A stretch of DNA of 62,672 nt, counting the filler. It is 9 parts of 9 records of this genome, joined end to end, with 100 filler letters (N's around TTAATTAATTAA, not from the genome) between each part and the next. Parts side by side here need not be neighbours in the genome. Positions count along the whole stretch, not along the records: positions 36,901 to 44,212 come from SRR31147125_59984; positions 44,313 to 50,066 come from SRR31147125_60010; positions 50,167 to 56,922 come from SRR31147125_60056; 6 more parts are not named here. One strand, 5' to 3'. Numbering within the stretch: the first letter of the stretch is position 1; the number at the start of each line of letters is the position of its first letter. Below, one piece after another: positions 41,101 to 52,151 of the stretch. A program made the position numbers and the translations under genes. The notes under the pieces are model-generated. The model ran no database searches and was not told the origin of the DNA. It saw nothing but the letters and a program-made list of their open reading frames with translations.

Positions 41101-44100
41101 GGTGTAGCTCCTTTTTGATCACACAGCTCCCATATGGACTCGGATGCTTCTCAAACGGAATTCTTGTCAGCGCAACGTACTCTGTCGCCGCATACACACG
41201 ACTCACCGGTCTTATGGAAAAAGGACAAGAGGGGAAGATGTCCTCCACGCGCGGCCCAGTGTACCGGCGTGGCACCTGCCCCATCCACACTCAGCTCATT
41301 CCACTCGCTCGATGCACGCACCAAGAACATCGGTCACCCTGATACCATCGCTGTTTCCCTTTTTCTCCACAAGGAACCGTGCCATTTGGATCGAACCACA
41401 TCCCGCCGCCCAATGCAGGGGTGTGAATCCGAACATGTCCGTACTTTCAAGCCTCCCTCCGCGCTTCACTACTTGTTCCAATAGGGTCACACTATCACCA
41501 AGTATAGCGAAGTGGGCGGCAGTTGCGGCTGCTAAATCCTTGGGACGCTGATTTCATCTAGTCAAGGATCAAGTGCACACGCACACACAGTCACACGCCA
41601 CGCACGACGACACCACAAGACGCATCAAACAAAATCCTTGCTCCTCGTTCATCACCCTTCCATAACATCCAAAAGAGAAGGGGCCGACCATCTCTGCCGG
41701 GTCTTGAGTTGATCGAAACACACAGATTCACCCACCTGTCCACCTTGTTCACGTCGGCTCCGTTCTCCACAAGGTGCCGCATTGCCTCGTAGCATTCCCC
41801 CATCGCCGCATAGAAGAGGGGGTCCATCCAATTCGATCTGTACGCACGAGTCACATTCCTCTCAGCTCCCCTGCCACACACATACATACCTTGTGCATCG
41901 ATCATGGCACCATAGGACAGTAGTTTACTGATCATAGAGCAGTGTCCGGCGAAGGAGGCCCAGTGAAGACTTGTCGCGCCAAAGCTGTCCTGGGTGTCTG
42001 TGTTCTGAAAGAAACATGTCATGGGGGACACCCTATCATCACACAGGAGTACACATACCAAATAAGCAAAGTCCATGCGTGTGATAACCCTTTCCAAGAG
42101 GATTGGACGGTTGAAGTATGCCACAAGGTGGATCGGTGTTGGTCCACTGGCACGAAACAGGTCGACAATTGCCTCATCTTCAGAGAAGTGAGCAGAGCAC
42201 CTACTACACAACCACACACAACCACAACCAACCCATAGCCCCTTCTTCCAACTGAGTTTTTCCGTTATCATCTTCGTCTTGTTCTGATTATCGATCGAAT
42301 CGTGAGGGACAACAGACAGAACCGGCAAGATTCCCTTCAAACCTTGGCGATGATGAGAAAGTGTGCTACTGAGCCCCTTCAAGAAGGCTTGAAGCGCTTG
42401 AGACCTCTTTCCCAGTTCACTTCGAACCTGAATCAGTGGCATGAGCATTTCAGGCCAGGTCTCCCATCCATTCCCGTCCATACTTGTCCCAGACGCATAT
42501 GAACGAGGGCACTACACCTCTCCGTAGTCACAGCCTCTCGTAACACCTCCTCAAGTTCAGAGAATTTCTGAAGAAACACGAGCGTGTCGTAAGCCTCTTC
42601 ATTCGTCGGGTCCAAAGTGAGAGCCTGCATCCCTTTGTAAGCTGCACTGTGCAAAAAGAATCGGCAACAAGCCTTCAAATAGTTTCCGACATGGGCGGCA
42701 ACGTCCAGGTCCCCTTGTTCACGAAGCTTCAAAGCAATAAGCCGTGTTAGAAAGGGTGGGAACTGTGCCCCTCTTTCACTTACCAGAATGGATTCGGCGT
42801 AGTCATTCGCATCGGCGGCGATGGATGCCGATACTCCTCTCACTGCATCATTCAGTCCTGACTGGACGATAGCATGCAACTCCTTGCGGCTGTGATTCAG
42901 CAAACCGCCCGCCACCATGATCTAGGGCGTGTGGTCGGTCATTCCCTGCCTCCCCCTACACCCCAGAATGAACCTGGAGTCCTATATCCGTCGTGCTGTG
43001 AAGAATACGATGGAGAACGTTGAGCACCTAGCACACCATCGTGCCCATAAGCGACAGCAACATAATGTACTTGTCCCTTCTAACCTGAAGTCGGATCCGC
43101 CAATCTTTGTGATTCAGGAAGGTCAACAACCCAGAGGAACTGGGACGACCGAAGCGCTGTGTCATCCGTCCACAGAGCGCAAGCCGGTGCAAGTCACTCA
43201 AGTTTCGAGGGGAGGAACTAGTCCCATCCAAGAAGGTCAAACCTGCACAAGAGGAAACAGAAAGAAGAAAGCAACGCACAACAACGATTCACCCATAATT
43301 CCAATAAGAGAGAACAGCAGATGCCAGTCATGTCGACCCTTTTCATCCTTGTACAATGCGTGTCAGGATCATCAGGAAGGTTTTAGGGTCAACCATTCAC
43401 ACACATGAAGGAATTCCATGAATTTGAGCCAGAGATGTGAGGTTTGGCTGGCATTGCGGGCTAGACGACGTGCATACATTACAACCAAGTACCATTCGGT
43501 TTGGATTAGTGCATTCCTTGAGGCTCGGGGAGTGATTCGACCCATATCAGCTCGACTCGCAACGTTGAACGTTCGCTTGGCTCCTTTAAGCATGTGCAGC
43601 ACAAGACGCTGACCCATGCTAGCACTTGCGAGTGCATATTTCATATGCACGTCCATGGGTGTCGAACCATCCCTAGCATTCCGAGGATCAATCCTTGCTC
43701 CTCCACGCGTATGGACGCGCACCTCCCCTCCAGAAGATAAAGTCCCTCTGTTGCCATATCCAGGGCGCAGTCTAGGGCTGGATAGTCACTCTAGAGCGGG
43801 CGGATTCAGATTCCAAATCATCATCCGATCTGCCTTAGGAAACTCGTGCACCGTACCGGGTGCTCCTCGGTGATGACTACTCTTCGAGAGCCCACACCCA
43901 TCTGACGCACAATCCGTAGCCATCGAGAGATATGAAGGGGCAAACTGCGTCCACTTCGTCGTCCGCACACTTCTGTTGGGGAGGTGATAAGTCTTGCCAT
44001 CTAGCGAAGGAGGCACATTGGTGTGAGACGTAGTGCGTGGAGTGTTCTGATGGGAACAGACCAGATACTCTGCTGCACGCGCCAGAAAGTACCGATGTTT

Positions 44101-44212
44101 CACGGTTGCCTCCCGCTGGCACCATCGCATGAACGCGCCGTCCAAATCCTCTGTCAAAGCCCACAACGCCTCTTCCAGTCCCTGTGTGTGTGGTGGTGGT
44201 GGTGGTGGTGGT
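38113..44212 (-). CDS. Spliced eukaryotic ankyrin-repeat + RhoGEF (DH) + PH gene, with an unrecognised region upstream that may be the same gene; 5'-truncated
   Basis: Ankyrin: GATSLHWAS, GFTPLHWAA, GCTPLHFAC, GETVLHLAA. DH: LLSTERTF, LDSLLIKPVQRVSKYELLL, DLLKYT. PH: RHMFLFNDLLLVTK. GT-AG introns at 44001-44061, 43791-43856, 43673-43722 and 39740-39788 restore the frame. Confidence 0.8.
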
Positions 44213-44312
44213 NNNNNNNNNNNNNNNNNNNNNNNNNNNNNNNNNNNNNNNNNNNNTTAATTAATTAANNNNNNNNNNNNNNNNNNNNNNNNNNNNNNNN
44301 NNNNNNNNNNNN
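44213..44312. other. Artificial contig spacer
   Basis: N44-TTAATTAATTAA-N44. Confidence 0.98.
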
Positions 44313-44616
44313 GGGGTTGTGAAACGTTCATCAAGTCCTTGCGATTGGAAAATGGAATGAAATTATATTTTCGAAACAAGTAGATAAGATTTTCCACATT
44401 ATGTCTGGCCTGGTCAATCAATCTCATTTTGATGAGTCCGAGATTAATAAAATAGGTATCCCAATAAAAGAGGGCACTTTTTTTATCCTTACCTGGCACC
44501 ACGTAAGGATAAGGCAATGCGATCAAGTCGTCGGTATCTATTGTTGTTTCTTTTGTGTAATCCTCTTTGATTCGAGCTCTTAGCTCAGACATAATGGAGT
44601 GATAATGTTTGGCCAT
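44313..44616 (-). CDS. GH37 trehalase-family protein, 3'-truncated
   Basis: LPYPYVVPG, FYWDTYF and SQP motifs. Confidence 0.8.
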
Positions 44617-44727
44617 TTTTAACCTCTCATTTTCTATTTAAATGGTTTAACGACCTACTCAAAGATCATAAAATGTGGAAAAAATATTATGAAGATTTTT
44701 ACGTATCCAACTATTCACATCGTTCCA

Positions 44728-45564
44728 TTAGTTTATGAGACGCCGGATTATGGGTTTAAAAAATAACCAACGTAATCGAGAGCGAATGGATTTGCCTCTT
44801 TGAAGAATTCGTAATGTTTTTATATAGCTTTCTATGAATGCCTCCAAATCCATCAGGGATTCAGGTTTGATCTCCAAAGTCAGATAGCCGGAAAAATTGT
44901 TTTTTAGTGTATTCAAAAAACGATCAACTGGAAATGAGCCACCTGTATTAAATGGAATATGTTTATCATCGTCCTTGTGGCAATCAGAAAGATGTACACA
45001 GCCAACCTGGCTGGAAAATTTATTATATTGTTCAATTGGATCGTGTCCGGTAATATAAAAGTGAGGTGCATCAAAGCACATTCCGCCTAATTGCTCTCCC
45101 AAAATATTTTTCGCTTTTTGTAAAAGTGCACAGATTTCATCTGGTGACGTTGTTGGTACATTTTCAAGGTAAACAGGTAGTTGAATTTTTTTCAAATTTT
45201 CAAATAAAAAGTCAATAGATGTAGCAATAGAAGAATCCATTAACTCTGGTTCCGGAGGGTGAGAAACAACATGTCTCAGGTGTAATTTATCTTTATATTG
45301 ATTAATATTGGCAATGGTTTCGTTGATCTTGTTCTCATAATCAAGGCAGGAAAAATCCCAGCCATCATCATAAATAAGGGGTAAATGAAAACTGGCGTTC
45401 ATGCCATTCATTTTACTGGAAACAGCCTTGACATCACTGAAGACGGTCTTGGTTAGTTCAATAAAATCCATACCAATAAATTTCAGACCGGCAATGATGA
45501 TAGAGGGAGGAATTCCCTCATACGTGTCGACTGTAAAGCCTACAGATGTAGCATTTCTTTTCAT
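44728..45564 (-). CDS. Sugar-phosphate isomerase/epimerase-like (AP endonuclease 2) TIM-barrel protein
   Basis: SFHLP, LENV, CFDAPH, VHLSD, HIP and TLE metal-binding pattern. Confidence 0.75.
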   Translation of the reverse strand: MKRNATSVGFTVDTYEGIPPSIIIAGLKFIGMDFIELTKTVFSDVKAVSSKMNGMNASFHLPLIYDDGWDFSCLDYENKINETIANINQYKDKLHLRHVVSHPPEPELMDSSIATSIDFLFENLKKIQLPVYLENVPTTSPDEICALLQKAKNILGEQLGGMCFDAPHFYITGHDPIEQYNKFSSQVGCVHLSDCHKDDDKHIPFNTGGSFPVDRFLNTLKNNFSGYLTLEIKPESLMDLEAFIESYIKTLRILQRGKSIRSRLRWLFFKPIIRRLIN

Positions 45565-45645
45565 TTCAATAGAGTTTCGTTGTCATTAAAAAATTAAAGG
45601 TTGCTATATAAAAAATAAATCCATCTGCTTTCGATTTTATTCCGT

Positions 45646-46059
45646 TTAATATATGCTTGAAAGAATAAGATAAATCCAATTTAGGGGGAAAAGAATAACG
45701 AGAGTCCATCGCATTATATGCCGTTCGATTTTTGTAAGATGAAAAGTAATGTTTTTTTTGAAAATCAACCCCAATAATGTATTTATACCCCATAAGAATA
45801 AACCTATATACAGGAAAAAAAAGAAAGGATTTGCTAAAAATGCATCTTTAACGTGAAAGTGACTAAGATAAAAACCTGCATGAGTAGCATTACATGATGG
45901 ACAGGGTATGTGTGTCATTGTTTTAAATAAACATGGAGGGACCAATTTAAAAATGTCAGGAGTAAAATATGTCAACCCTACACCTATCCCGCCCACGATT
46001 AAATATGCCGTTCCAACTTGCAAATTGGAAAAATGTGGCTTCTGAAATTTAATTTGCAC
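45646..46059 (-). CDS. DUF2752-family membrane protein
   Basis: PCLFKTMTHIPCPSCNAT...ANP motif plus TM helices. Confidence 0.8.
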   Translation of the reverse strand: MQIKFQKPHFSNLQVGTAYLIVGGIGVGLTYFTPDIFKLVPPCLFKTMTHIPCPSCNATHAGFYLSHFHVKDAFLANPFFFFLYIGLFLWGINTLLGLIFKKNITFHLTKIERHIMRWTLVILFPLNWIYLILSSIY

Positions 46060-46284
46060 AAAGAGTTCTTTTAATTCGCTGAGAGATTTGATTATTCTCT
46101 TTAAAGGTAACGGACTGGTAAAAAAATCAAGTAATTATTTAGATAAATTCACTGATTCTTTACACTTTGTTTGTAACTAAAGACATTCCGAAACGTCCAA
46201 GATTTGTAAGTCACATATCTACTTATAACTGGGAAAATTATTAGCGGTAGACCAGGAATTTAAAAAGTTGCAAAGGAGGCTACA

Positions 46285-47355
46285 ATGAATAAATTGAGCC
46301 ACATTTTGAGTTCTGCATTGATTGTGTTGGGTGTGCTTCTATTATTACAATCAGATTTATTAATAGCGCAATCAGGTGCAGAAAAACAGTCTTTTACCAT
46401 AGAGGAAGACAGTCAAACCGCCTGGCTTGGAGTTATGATCGTTGATTTTAACAGGAAAATGAGAAAAGAACTAAATACAGAGGCCCGTTATGGTGCTGTA
46501 ATACGACACGTTTTGGATGGTAGCCCGGCTGATAAAGCAGGAATTGAGGCCAGTGATGTGATTGTCAGATTTGATGGTCAAAAGATTTATCGGGCCAAAG
46601 ATTTGACATCCCGGTTAAACGAAAAGAGTCCTGATGAAAAAGCTGAAATTGAGTTTTTTCGGGGCAAGGAAAAGGTGAAAAAAGAAATTGAATTGGGTCC
46701 ACGCCCCGGAAAGGTTGACTCTTATCTGGGCAGGAAGGAGGATTGGTTGCATCAATTCCTGCCAGCAGGTGTCTATTTAGGAGTGCTTTTCCAGGAAATG
46801 GATGACGATTTGGCAGCCTATTTCAAGGTTGATTCAGATGCTGGATTACTCATCATTGAGGTTGAAGAAGAAAGTCCGGCGGCAGAAGCCGGATTAAAAT
46901 CAGGAGACGTGTTGGCTGAAATTGCTGGTGAAAAACCACAGGATGAAGACGACATAATGGAAATACTACGCGATTATAAAGAAGACGATGAAGTGGATGT
47001 TGTCTATTACCGTATGGGTAAAAAAAATGAAGTGACAATTAAACTTGACGAAAGATCCAATCGCTGGCATATGCCCGATTTTAAAAAGAAGGTTAAAGTC
47101 ATCATTCCATCCTATGAATTTCATAAAAGTCCTGAATTCGATCGTGAGTTAAAATATCAACTGGAAGAGAAAATGGAGGACATGAATGAAAAAATGAAAG
47201 AGTGGAATATTCTGTATAAAGAGGATATTAAAGGTCTGATAGAACGTGAAATCGATAATTCCCTATTAAAAAATAAAGATGAACTGGAGGAACTGAAAGA
47301 AGAGATAGAAAATTTAAAGAGTGAACTTTATGAGTTAAAGGAAAAAGGACTTTAG
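46285..47355 (+). CDS. Secreted tandem-PDZ protein with C-terminal coiled coil and no protease domain
   Basis: Signal peptide; WLGV...SPADKAG and YLGV...SPAAEAG; GGAGG RBS. Confidence 0.85.
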   Translation: MNKLSHILSSALIVLGVLLLLQSDLLIAQSGAEKQSFTIEEDSQTAWLGVMIVDFNRKMRKELNTEARYGAVIRHVLDGSPADKAGIEASDVIVRFDGQKIYRAKDLTSRLNEKSPDEKAEIEFFRGKEKVKKEIELGPRPGKVDSYLGRKEDWLHQFLPAGVYLGVLFQEMDDDLAAYFKVDSDAGLLIIEVEEESPAAEAGLKSGDVLAEIAGEKPQDEDDIMEILRDYKEDDEVDVVYYRMGKKNEVTIKLDERSNRWHMPDFKKKVKVIIPSYEFHKSPEFDRELKYQLEEKMEDMNEKMKEWNILYKEDIKGLIEREIDNSLLKNKDELEELKEEIENLKSELYELKEKGL

Positions 47356-47417
47356 TGATAAATTTCTAAATTAAATAACCAATTACGCATAAATTATTAA
47401 ATTAAGTAAATTCTTTC

Positions 47418-47446
47418 TTGACATTTGATTCATATCTAGCTATATT
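47418..47446 (+). promoter_or_regulatory. Sigma70 promoter for the leader-asd transcript
   Basis: TTGACA-17 nt-TATATT. Confidence 0.75.
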
Positions 47447-47476
47447 CACCTTCAATTGAATAATAAAGGAAAAGAA

Positions 47477-47551
47477 ATGAAAGCCTGTTTTACAATTTAC
47501 AATTATAAACATATATGGCTCACTATGAAACCCAAATATGGGCTTGCTTGA
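47477..47551 (+). CDS. Putative 24-aa attenuator leader peptide MKACFTIYNYKHIWLTMKPKYGLA (below the ORF-track cutoff)
   Basis: AAAGGA RBS; lies between promoter and terminator; its last codons carry the antiterminator arm. Confidence 0.55.
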   Translation: MKACFTIYNYKHIWLTMKPKYGLA

Positions 47552-47587
47552 TTCTTTTTCTCATTTTACAAGATAGTAAATAAATCC

Positions 47588-47623
47588 AAGCCCACCTAAT
47601 TTCAAACTGGTGGGCTTTTTTTT
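47588..47623 (+). terminator. Attenuator terminator upstream of asd
   Basis: AAGCCCACC / GGTGGGCTT stem plus T-run, ending about 33 nt before the asd start. Confidence 0.8.
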
Positions 47624-47656
47624 ATCTGAATATGTAAATAAATTTAAGGACATGTT

Positions 47657-48715
47657 ATGGAAAAGGTGAAATGTGCTGTATTAGGTGCAACAGGAGTTGT
47701 CGGTCAACATTTTTTAAAATCACTGGTAGATCATCCTTACTTTGAGCTGGTCGCTGTTTGTGCCAGCGAAGGTCGTGTGGGACAAAAATTGGGTGATGCA
47801 AAGAGCCTTGTTCCTGATGGCATCCCAACCTGTTTTAGTGATATCGTATTTGACAGTATGGATATGGATCTATTGGTTACCAAAGGAGTTCAGGTTGCCT
47901 TTTCAGCCCTGCCGGCTGACATTGCCAAAGATTTAGAAAAAAAGGCTGCTTTTAATGGCATAAAGGTCTTTTCAAATGCGGGAACATATCGTATGGATGC
48001 TCATGTTCCTATATTAATACCTGAAATCAATGCTCCTCATCTTGACCTTGTAAAAGAACAGCAAAAAGAGAGTGATGGATTTATTGTCACCAATGCTAAT
48101 TGTACAACAACCGGTCTTACCATGGCATTGGTGCCTATTTTACCATTAAAAATTAAAAAGATGGTTGTCGCCAGTTATCAGGCTATTTCAGGGTCTGGTT
48201 ACCCGGGTCACTCTGCATTGGATATGTTTACGAATGTGATTCCTTTTATTAGTAATGAAGAACCCAAGTTAAGGCGGGAATGTGTTAAAATATGTGGTGA
48301 CTTTACAAACAATTCCATAAATTCAGCTGATTGGGAGATTCATGCGCATTGTTTGCGCGTTGCAACTGTTATTGGACATATGATATCCGTACATGTTGAG
48401 CTTGAGCAGGATACGACGATTGAACAAGTCACCCAATTATTCAAAAATTTTAAGAGTCCTGAGGTGATTAAGGATTTGCCAACAGCTCCGAAGAAACCGG
48501 TTCTTTTCACAGATGATCCTTTACGCCCACAACCGCGGCTCGATGTTGATGCGGGTGACACTGCCAGAAGTAAAGGTATGGCTGTAACAGTAGGTAGGCT
48601 TGAAGTAGAGAAGAATATTGTTCGCTTTGTAACATTATCGAATAATCTTGTTCGCGGTGCAGCGGGTGGTTCGATCCTGAATGCAGAGTTGGCTTATCAA
48701 AAGGGCCTTTTGTAA
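47657..48715 (+). CDS. asd: Aspartate-semialdehyde dehydrogenase (archaeal/fungal-like type)
   Basis: GATGVVG, NANCTT (catalytic Cys), QAISGSG, NNLVRGAAGGSILNAE. Confidence 0.95.
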   Translation: MEKVKCAVLGATGVVGQHFLKSLVDHPYFELVAVCASEGRVGQKLGDAKSLVPDGIPTCFSDIVFDSMDMDLLVTKGVQVAFSALPADIAKDLEKKAAFNGIKVFSNAGTYRMDAHVPILIPEINAPHLDLVKEQQKESDGFIVTNANCTTTGLTMALVPILPLKIKKMVVASYQAISGSGYPGHSALDMFTNVIPFISNEEPKLRRECVKICGDFTNNSINSADWEIHAHCLRVATVIGHMISVHVELEQDTTIEQVTQLFKNFKSPEVIKDLPTAPKKPVLFTDDPLRPQPRLDVDAGDTARSKGMAVTVGRLEVEKNIVRFVTLSNNLVRGAAGGSILNAELAYQKGLL

Positions 48716-48761
48716 TTTTATCATAAAAAAGACTGCTAAACTTCTTCATGCTCATTTGTTT

Positions 48762-48803
48762 TTATTGGTCGGCTGTTACAATTTTGTTGCAGCCGACTAA
48801 TAA
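48762..48803. terminator. Hairpin between convergent asd and SDR genes
   Basis: TTATTGGTCGGCTGTTACAA / TTGTTGCAGCCGACTAATAA. Confidence 0.7.
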
Positions 48804-48838
48804 TATGTCCTTTTAATCCCCCTGATATGCCTCGTTGG

Positions 48839-49633
48839 TTATTTTTTATCAAATTTTGTTATTTTTTTTACAAACCAACCCTGGATAGACAATCGTAGTT
48901 TTTGTGGTAAAAAATATGGCAGAAAGACCGTGGCTTTATTGAGAAAACCATGAATGACATAAGGCTTTTTCCCTAATGCCTGCATCGCTGTGTTGACAAC
49001 CTGCTCAGGAGAGGCACTTACCGAGCTGTTTAAATTACTGATGGCTTCGCTGAACTCTGTTCGTGTCCCACCTGGCGCCAGTGCCAGGACATCAATATGA
49101 TCCTTTTTAAGTTCATACCACAATGATTTACCTAAAAACATATTAAATCCCTTGGAGGCAGAATAGGTTGTATTAAATGGAATCGGGTGCAGCCCGACAA
49201 TGGAACCGAGAAAAATGATCGCTCCCTTTTTTCGTTCAACCATTGGCCGAACAAAATGATGTGTCAGTATAGTGGGTGCCAGACAATGCAGCTTGACCAT
49301 TTTAGCTTCTTTTTCAACATCCGTACCAGGGAAATAACCTGTTGAGCCAAAGCCGGCATTATTAACAAGAAAACCAACCTGCCGATCACCGATTTTATCA
49401 AGCAATGTGGTTAAAAAGGAATCTTCTGTCAGGTCCAGTGATACAGGAAGTGCCTTGATATGCGCTTCTTTTTCCAGTTCGTCTGCCAGGTTTGTCAGGC
49501 GTTCCTGGCGTCGTGCTACCAGTATGACATTCAATCCAGCCCTGGCACAAAATCGTGCGAATGCTTCTCCAATGCCTGAAGATGCCCCTGTTATAAGGGC
49601 CCATTCACCATATTTATCTTTTAGATCTGTCAT
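48839..49633 (-). CDS. Short-chain dehydrogenase/reductase
   Basis: TGASSGIG, NNAG and YSASK motifs. Confidence 0.93.
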   Translation of the reverse strand: MTDLKDKYGEWALITGASSGIGEAFARFCARAGLNVILVARRQERLTNLADELEKEAHIKALPVSLDLTEDSFLTTLLDKIGDRQVGFLVNNAGFGSTGYFPGTDVEKEAKMVKLHCLAPTILTHHFVRPMVERKKGAIIFLGSIVGLHPIPFNTTYSASKGFNMFLGKSLWYELKKDHIDVLALAPGGTRTEFSEAISNLNSSVSASPEQVVNTAMQALGKKPYVIHGFLNKATVFLPYFLPQKLRLSIQGWFVKKITKFDKK

Positions 49634-50066
49634 TCTCGCTCCATATGAATATTGTTATGGGAAATTCTTAAAATAGTTGAAAATTAAAATCCTGTTTGAA
49701 TAGCCGTAGCCATTGAAATATAAGGATTTTAACATATTAATACGAGAATCAAATTGACCTGAGAACAGGTCATTTTAAAGCCTGTTTTAAGCGATGTCAA
49801 TTCCAAAGATGTAGCTCTTCAAATCGCTAAAAGTACGTTTGATTATCGAACTTTTGTATGAAAATAAATATACTATAAAGCTTGTATTTCAAAACTATAA
49901 TAATAATAGGTAAATTAAAAATCGCAAAAGCGAGAATATCCATGTTGAAATACAACAAGATGGTATTTGTGTTTGAAAGATTACAAATTTGAGTTGATGG
50001 GTTATTTAAGATATGGTGTGAAACATCCCCCTTTATCCCCTTCGAAAGGGGAAATTTAATATCTTG

Positions 50067-50166
50067 NNNNNNNNNNNNNNNNNNNNNNNNNNNNNNNNNN
50101 NNNNNNNNNNTTAATTAATTAANNNNNNNNNNNNNNNNNNNNNNNNNNNNNNNNNNNNNNNNNNNN
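50067..50166. other. Artificial contig spacer
   Basis: N44-TTAATTAATTAA-N44. Confidence 0.98.
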
Positions 50167-51792
50167 GTACCGTCGTTGAATCACCCGGAACGTTGAACTG
50201 AATGCAAGGAAAGGCCCCGCCGTTGCCTGTGCCGCTCTGCAATATCATTTGACGATGGCGCTTGCCAACGGTTTTGCAGCGGTTCACGCGGACGCCGGTA
50301 TCCATGAATAAAGGGGGCGGTTTCCTTGACCAAAGGGACCCAGGCGATCCAGAGTGTCCATTAGTTTCGGACTTAGCTCGGAAAGCGAAACGTGGGCGTC
50401 GATGCTAAGTGTCGGTCGGTGTGGACCATCGGCCGCCATGCGGTGGATGGCGCTTTTCAGACGGGTCCGGAAATCGACGATATTGGCGGTGGGAAGGACA
50501 AGCCCCGCGGCCAGGGGATGACCACCGAAACGATCCAATAGATCCGCGCACTGGCCAAGGGCCGCGGTTAGATCGATATTGTCGACGCTGCGGGCTGAGC
50601 CCTTACCAACGCCGTTGCGGGTGCTGATTACCACCGACGGGCAATTGAACTGTCGTGTCAGCCGTGCGGCCACTATCCCCAATATTCCCTCGTGCCAGTG
50701 GTCGCCGTCGACCACCAGTACCGACGGGGGCCTCGGAACAGCCAATTTGTCGATGTCTTTCAGGATGGATTCCAACAGTTCGGTTTCCATGGATTGACGC
50801 CGTTTGTTAAGCCGGCACAGGGCGGCAGCCAGGCGAGCGGCCTTTCTGGGATCCTCGGTGAGAAGCAGCTCGCAAGCCATGCGGGCATGGACCAGACGGC
50901 CGGCTGCATTAATACGCGGTGCCAGTTTGAAGGCGATTGCCTCTGCATCAACCGGTTGATTGGATGGCGCACTCATTTTCATCAAGGCTGCAATTCCAGG
51001 ACGCCGGCCACGATTGATCTGGTTCATGCCCGCGGCCGTGAGGGCGCGGTTTTCCCTTATCAGCGGCGCGACGTCGGCAACAGTACCGATGGCAACCAAG
51101 TCGCACAGTCGTTTCAAATTGGGTTCGCGGTGCTTTTCCCAGAACCCGTTTTCTCTCAGATGGGCCCTTAGGGCGATGATTAGATAATAGGCCACGCCCA
51201 CGCCGGCCAAATGGGATAGCCCGGACGGACAGTCGGGCCGGTTTGGATTGACAACGGCAATGGCGTCGGTGGGCGGCCGAACCGCCCGGTGGTGATCGGT
51301 GATGATCGTATCGATGCCCAGCTTGCGGGCCTGGGTGACCGCCTCGCCGCTGCTTGATCCACAGTCGACGGTAATGATCAGTTGGATACCGGCAGGCCGT
51401 GCCCGCTTGTTGATATAGTCCACACCCATGCCGTAACCATCGGTCATCCTGTGGGGGATGGTGTAGCTGGCCCGGGCGCCGCAGCGTTTTAGAAACGTAA
51501 CCAGCAGGGCTGTGGCGGTGATCCCATCGGCGTCATAATCACCGAAAACCAGAATTTTCTGGGCATGGTAAATGGCGTGGCTGATACGTCGCACGGCGGC
51601 TTCCATGTCGGCCATCGCCAATGGACGGGTGAGATGGCCGAAGGAGGGATTGAGAAATCGAATGGCCTGGGCCTTGGATTGGATACCGCGAATGGCAAGC
51701 AGTCTGGCCAATAACGGGTGACATTGGATTTGATCGCAAAGGGTCTTGACGGTCCGGATATCTGGATTGAGAATCTGCCATTGTTTTTCCAT
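50167..51792 (-). CDS. recJ: ssDNA exonuclease RecJ; frameshift at about 50315 in a homopolymer run; 3'-truncated
   Basis: GDYDADG, TVDCG, TDHH, APRINAAGR, GSARS, GGHPLAAG, PFGQGN. Confidence 0.95.
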
Positions 51793-51881
51793 GGAAGGGG
51801 CATATCTTATTAGCTTGTCGGGAACAAGAAAGAAACGTCGCTTTCAGCCTTGTCAAGGCCAGCAAGCAAATGATAGGTGGC

Positions 51882-52121
51882 ATGAAAACAACGGTGAAAT
51901 ATTATCGGATAAACCGGCGACAGATCAGCTTCGTCAAATTCATTCTCGAAGCCTATGATAATATGGCGGTGATGACGACCCTTGACCCTTATCAGGCCGT
52001 CGTCCGCGTGACCATTGCAGGGGGCTGCGAGAGGGCCGTCATCGATATCCTAAACGGGTTCGCCCATGAATTTGAAGTGGTCGCCCTTGATCAAGTGCCG
52101 CCGCCCGTCGCTGCCCAATGA
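51882..52121 (+). CDS. DUF4911-like small protein
   Basis: ISFVKFILEAYD...TTLD pattern; directly upstream of miaB. Confidence 0.7.
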   Translation: MKTTVKYYRINRRQISFVKFILEAYDNMAVMTTLDPYQAVVRVTIAGGCERAVIDILNGFAHEFEVVALDQVPPPVAAQ

Positions 52122-52151
52122 TCATGGGGCGCCGTAAAAAAGGATAGACAG

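Noticed and set aside
36901..44212. Alternative genetic code, or many small overlapping genes
   Set aside because: The stops I traced fall inside GT-AG introns, and the spliced exons read through with the standard code.
44183..44212. (GGT)n and (GT)n tracts as telomere or CRISPR repeats
   Set aside because: Simple microsatellites next to a splice acceptor; no spacers or cas genes anywhere in the window.
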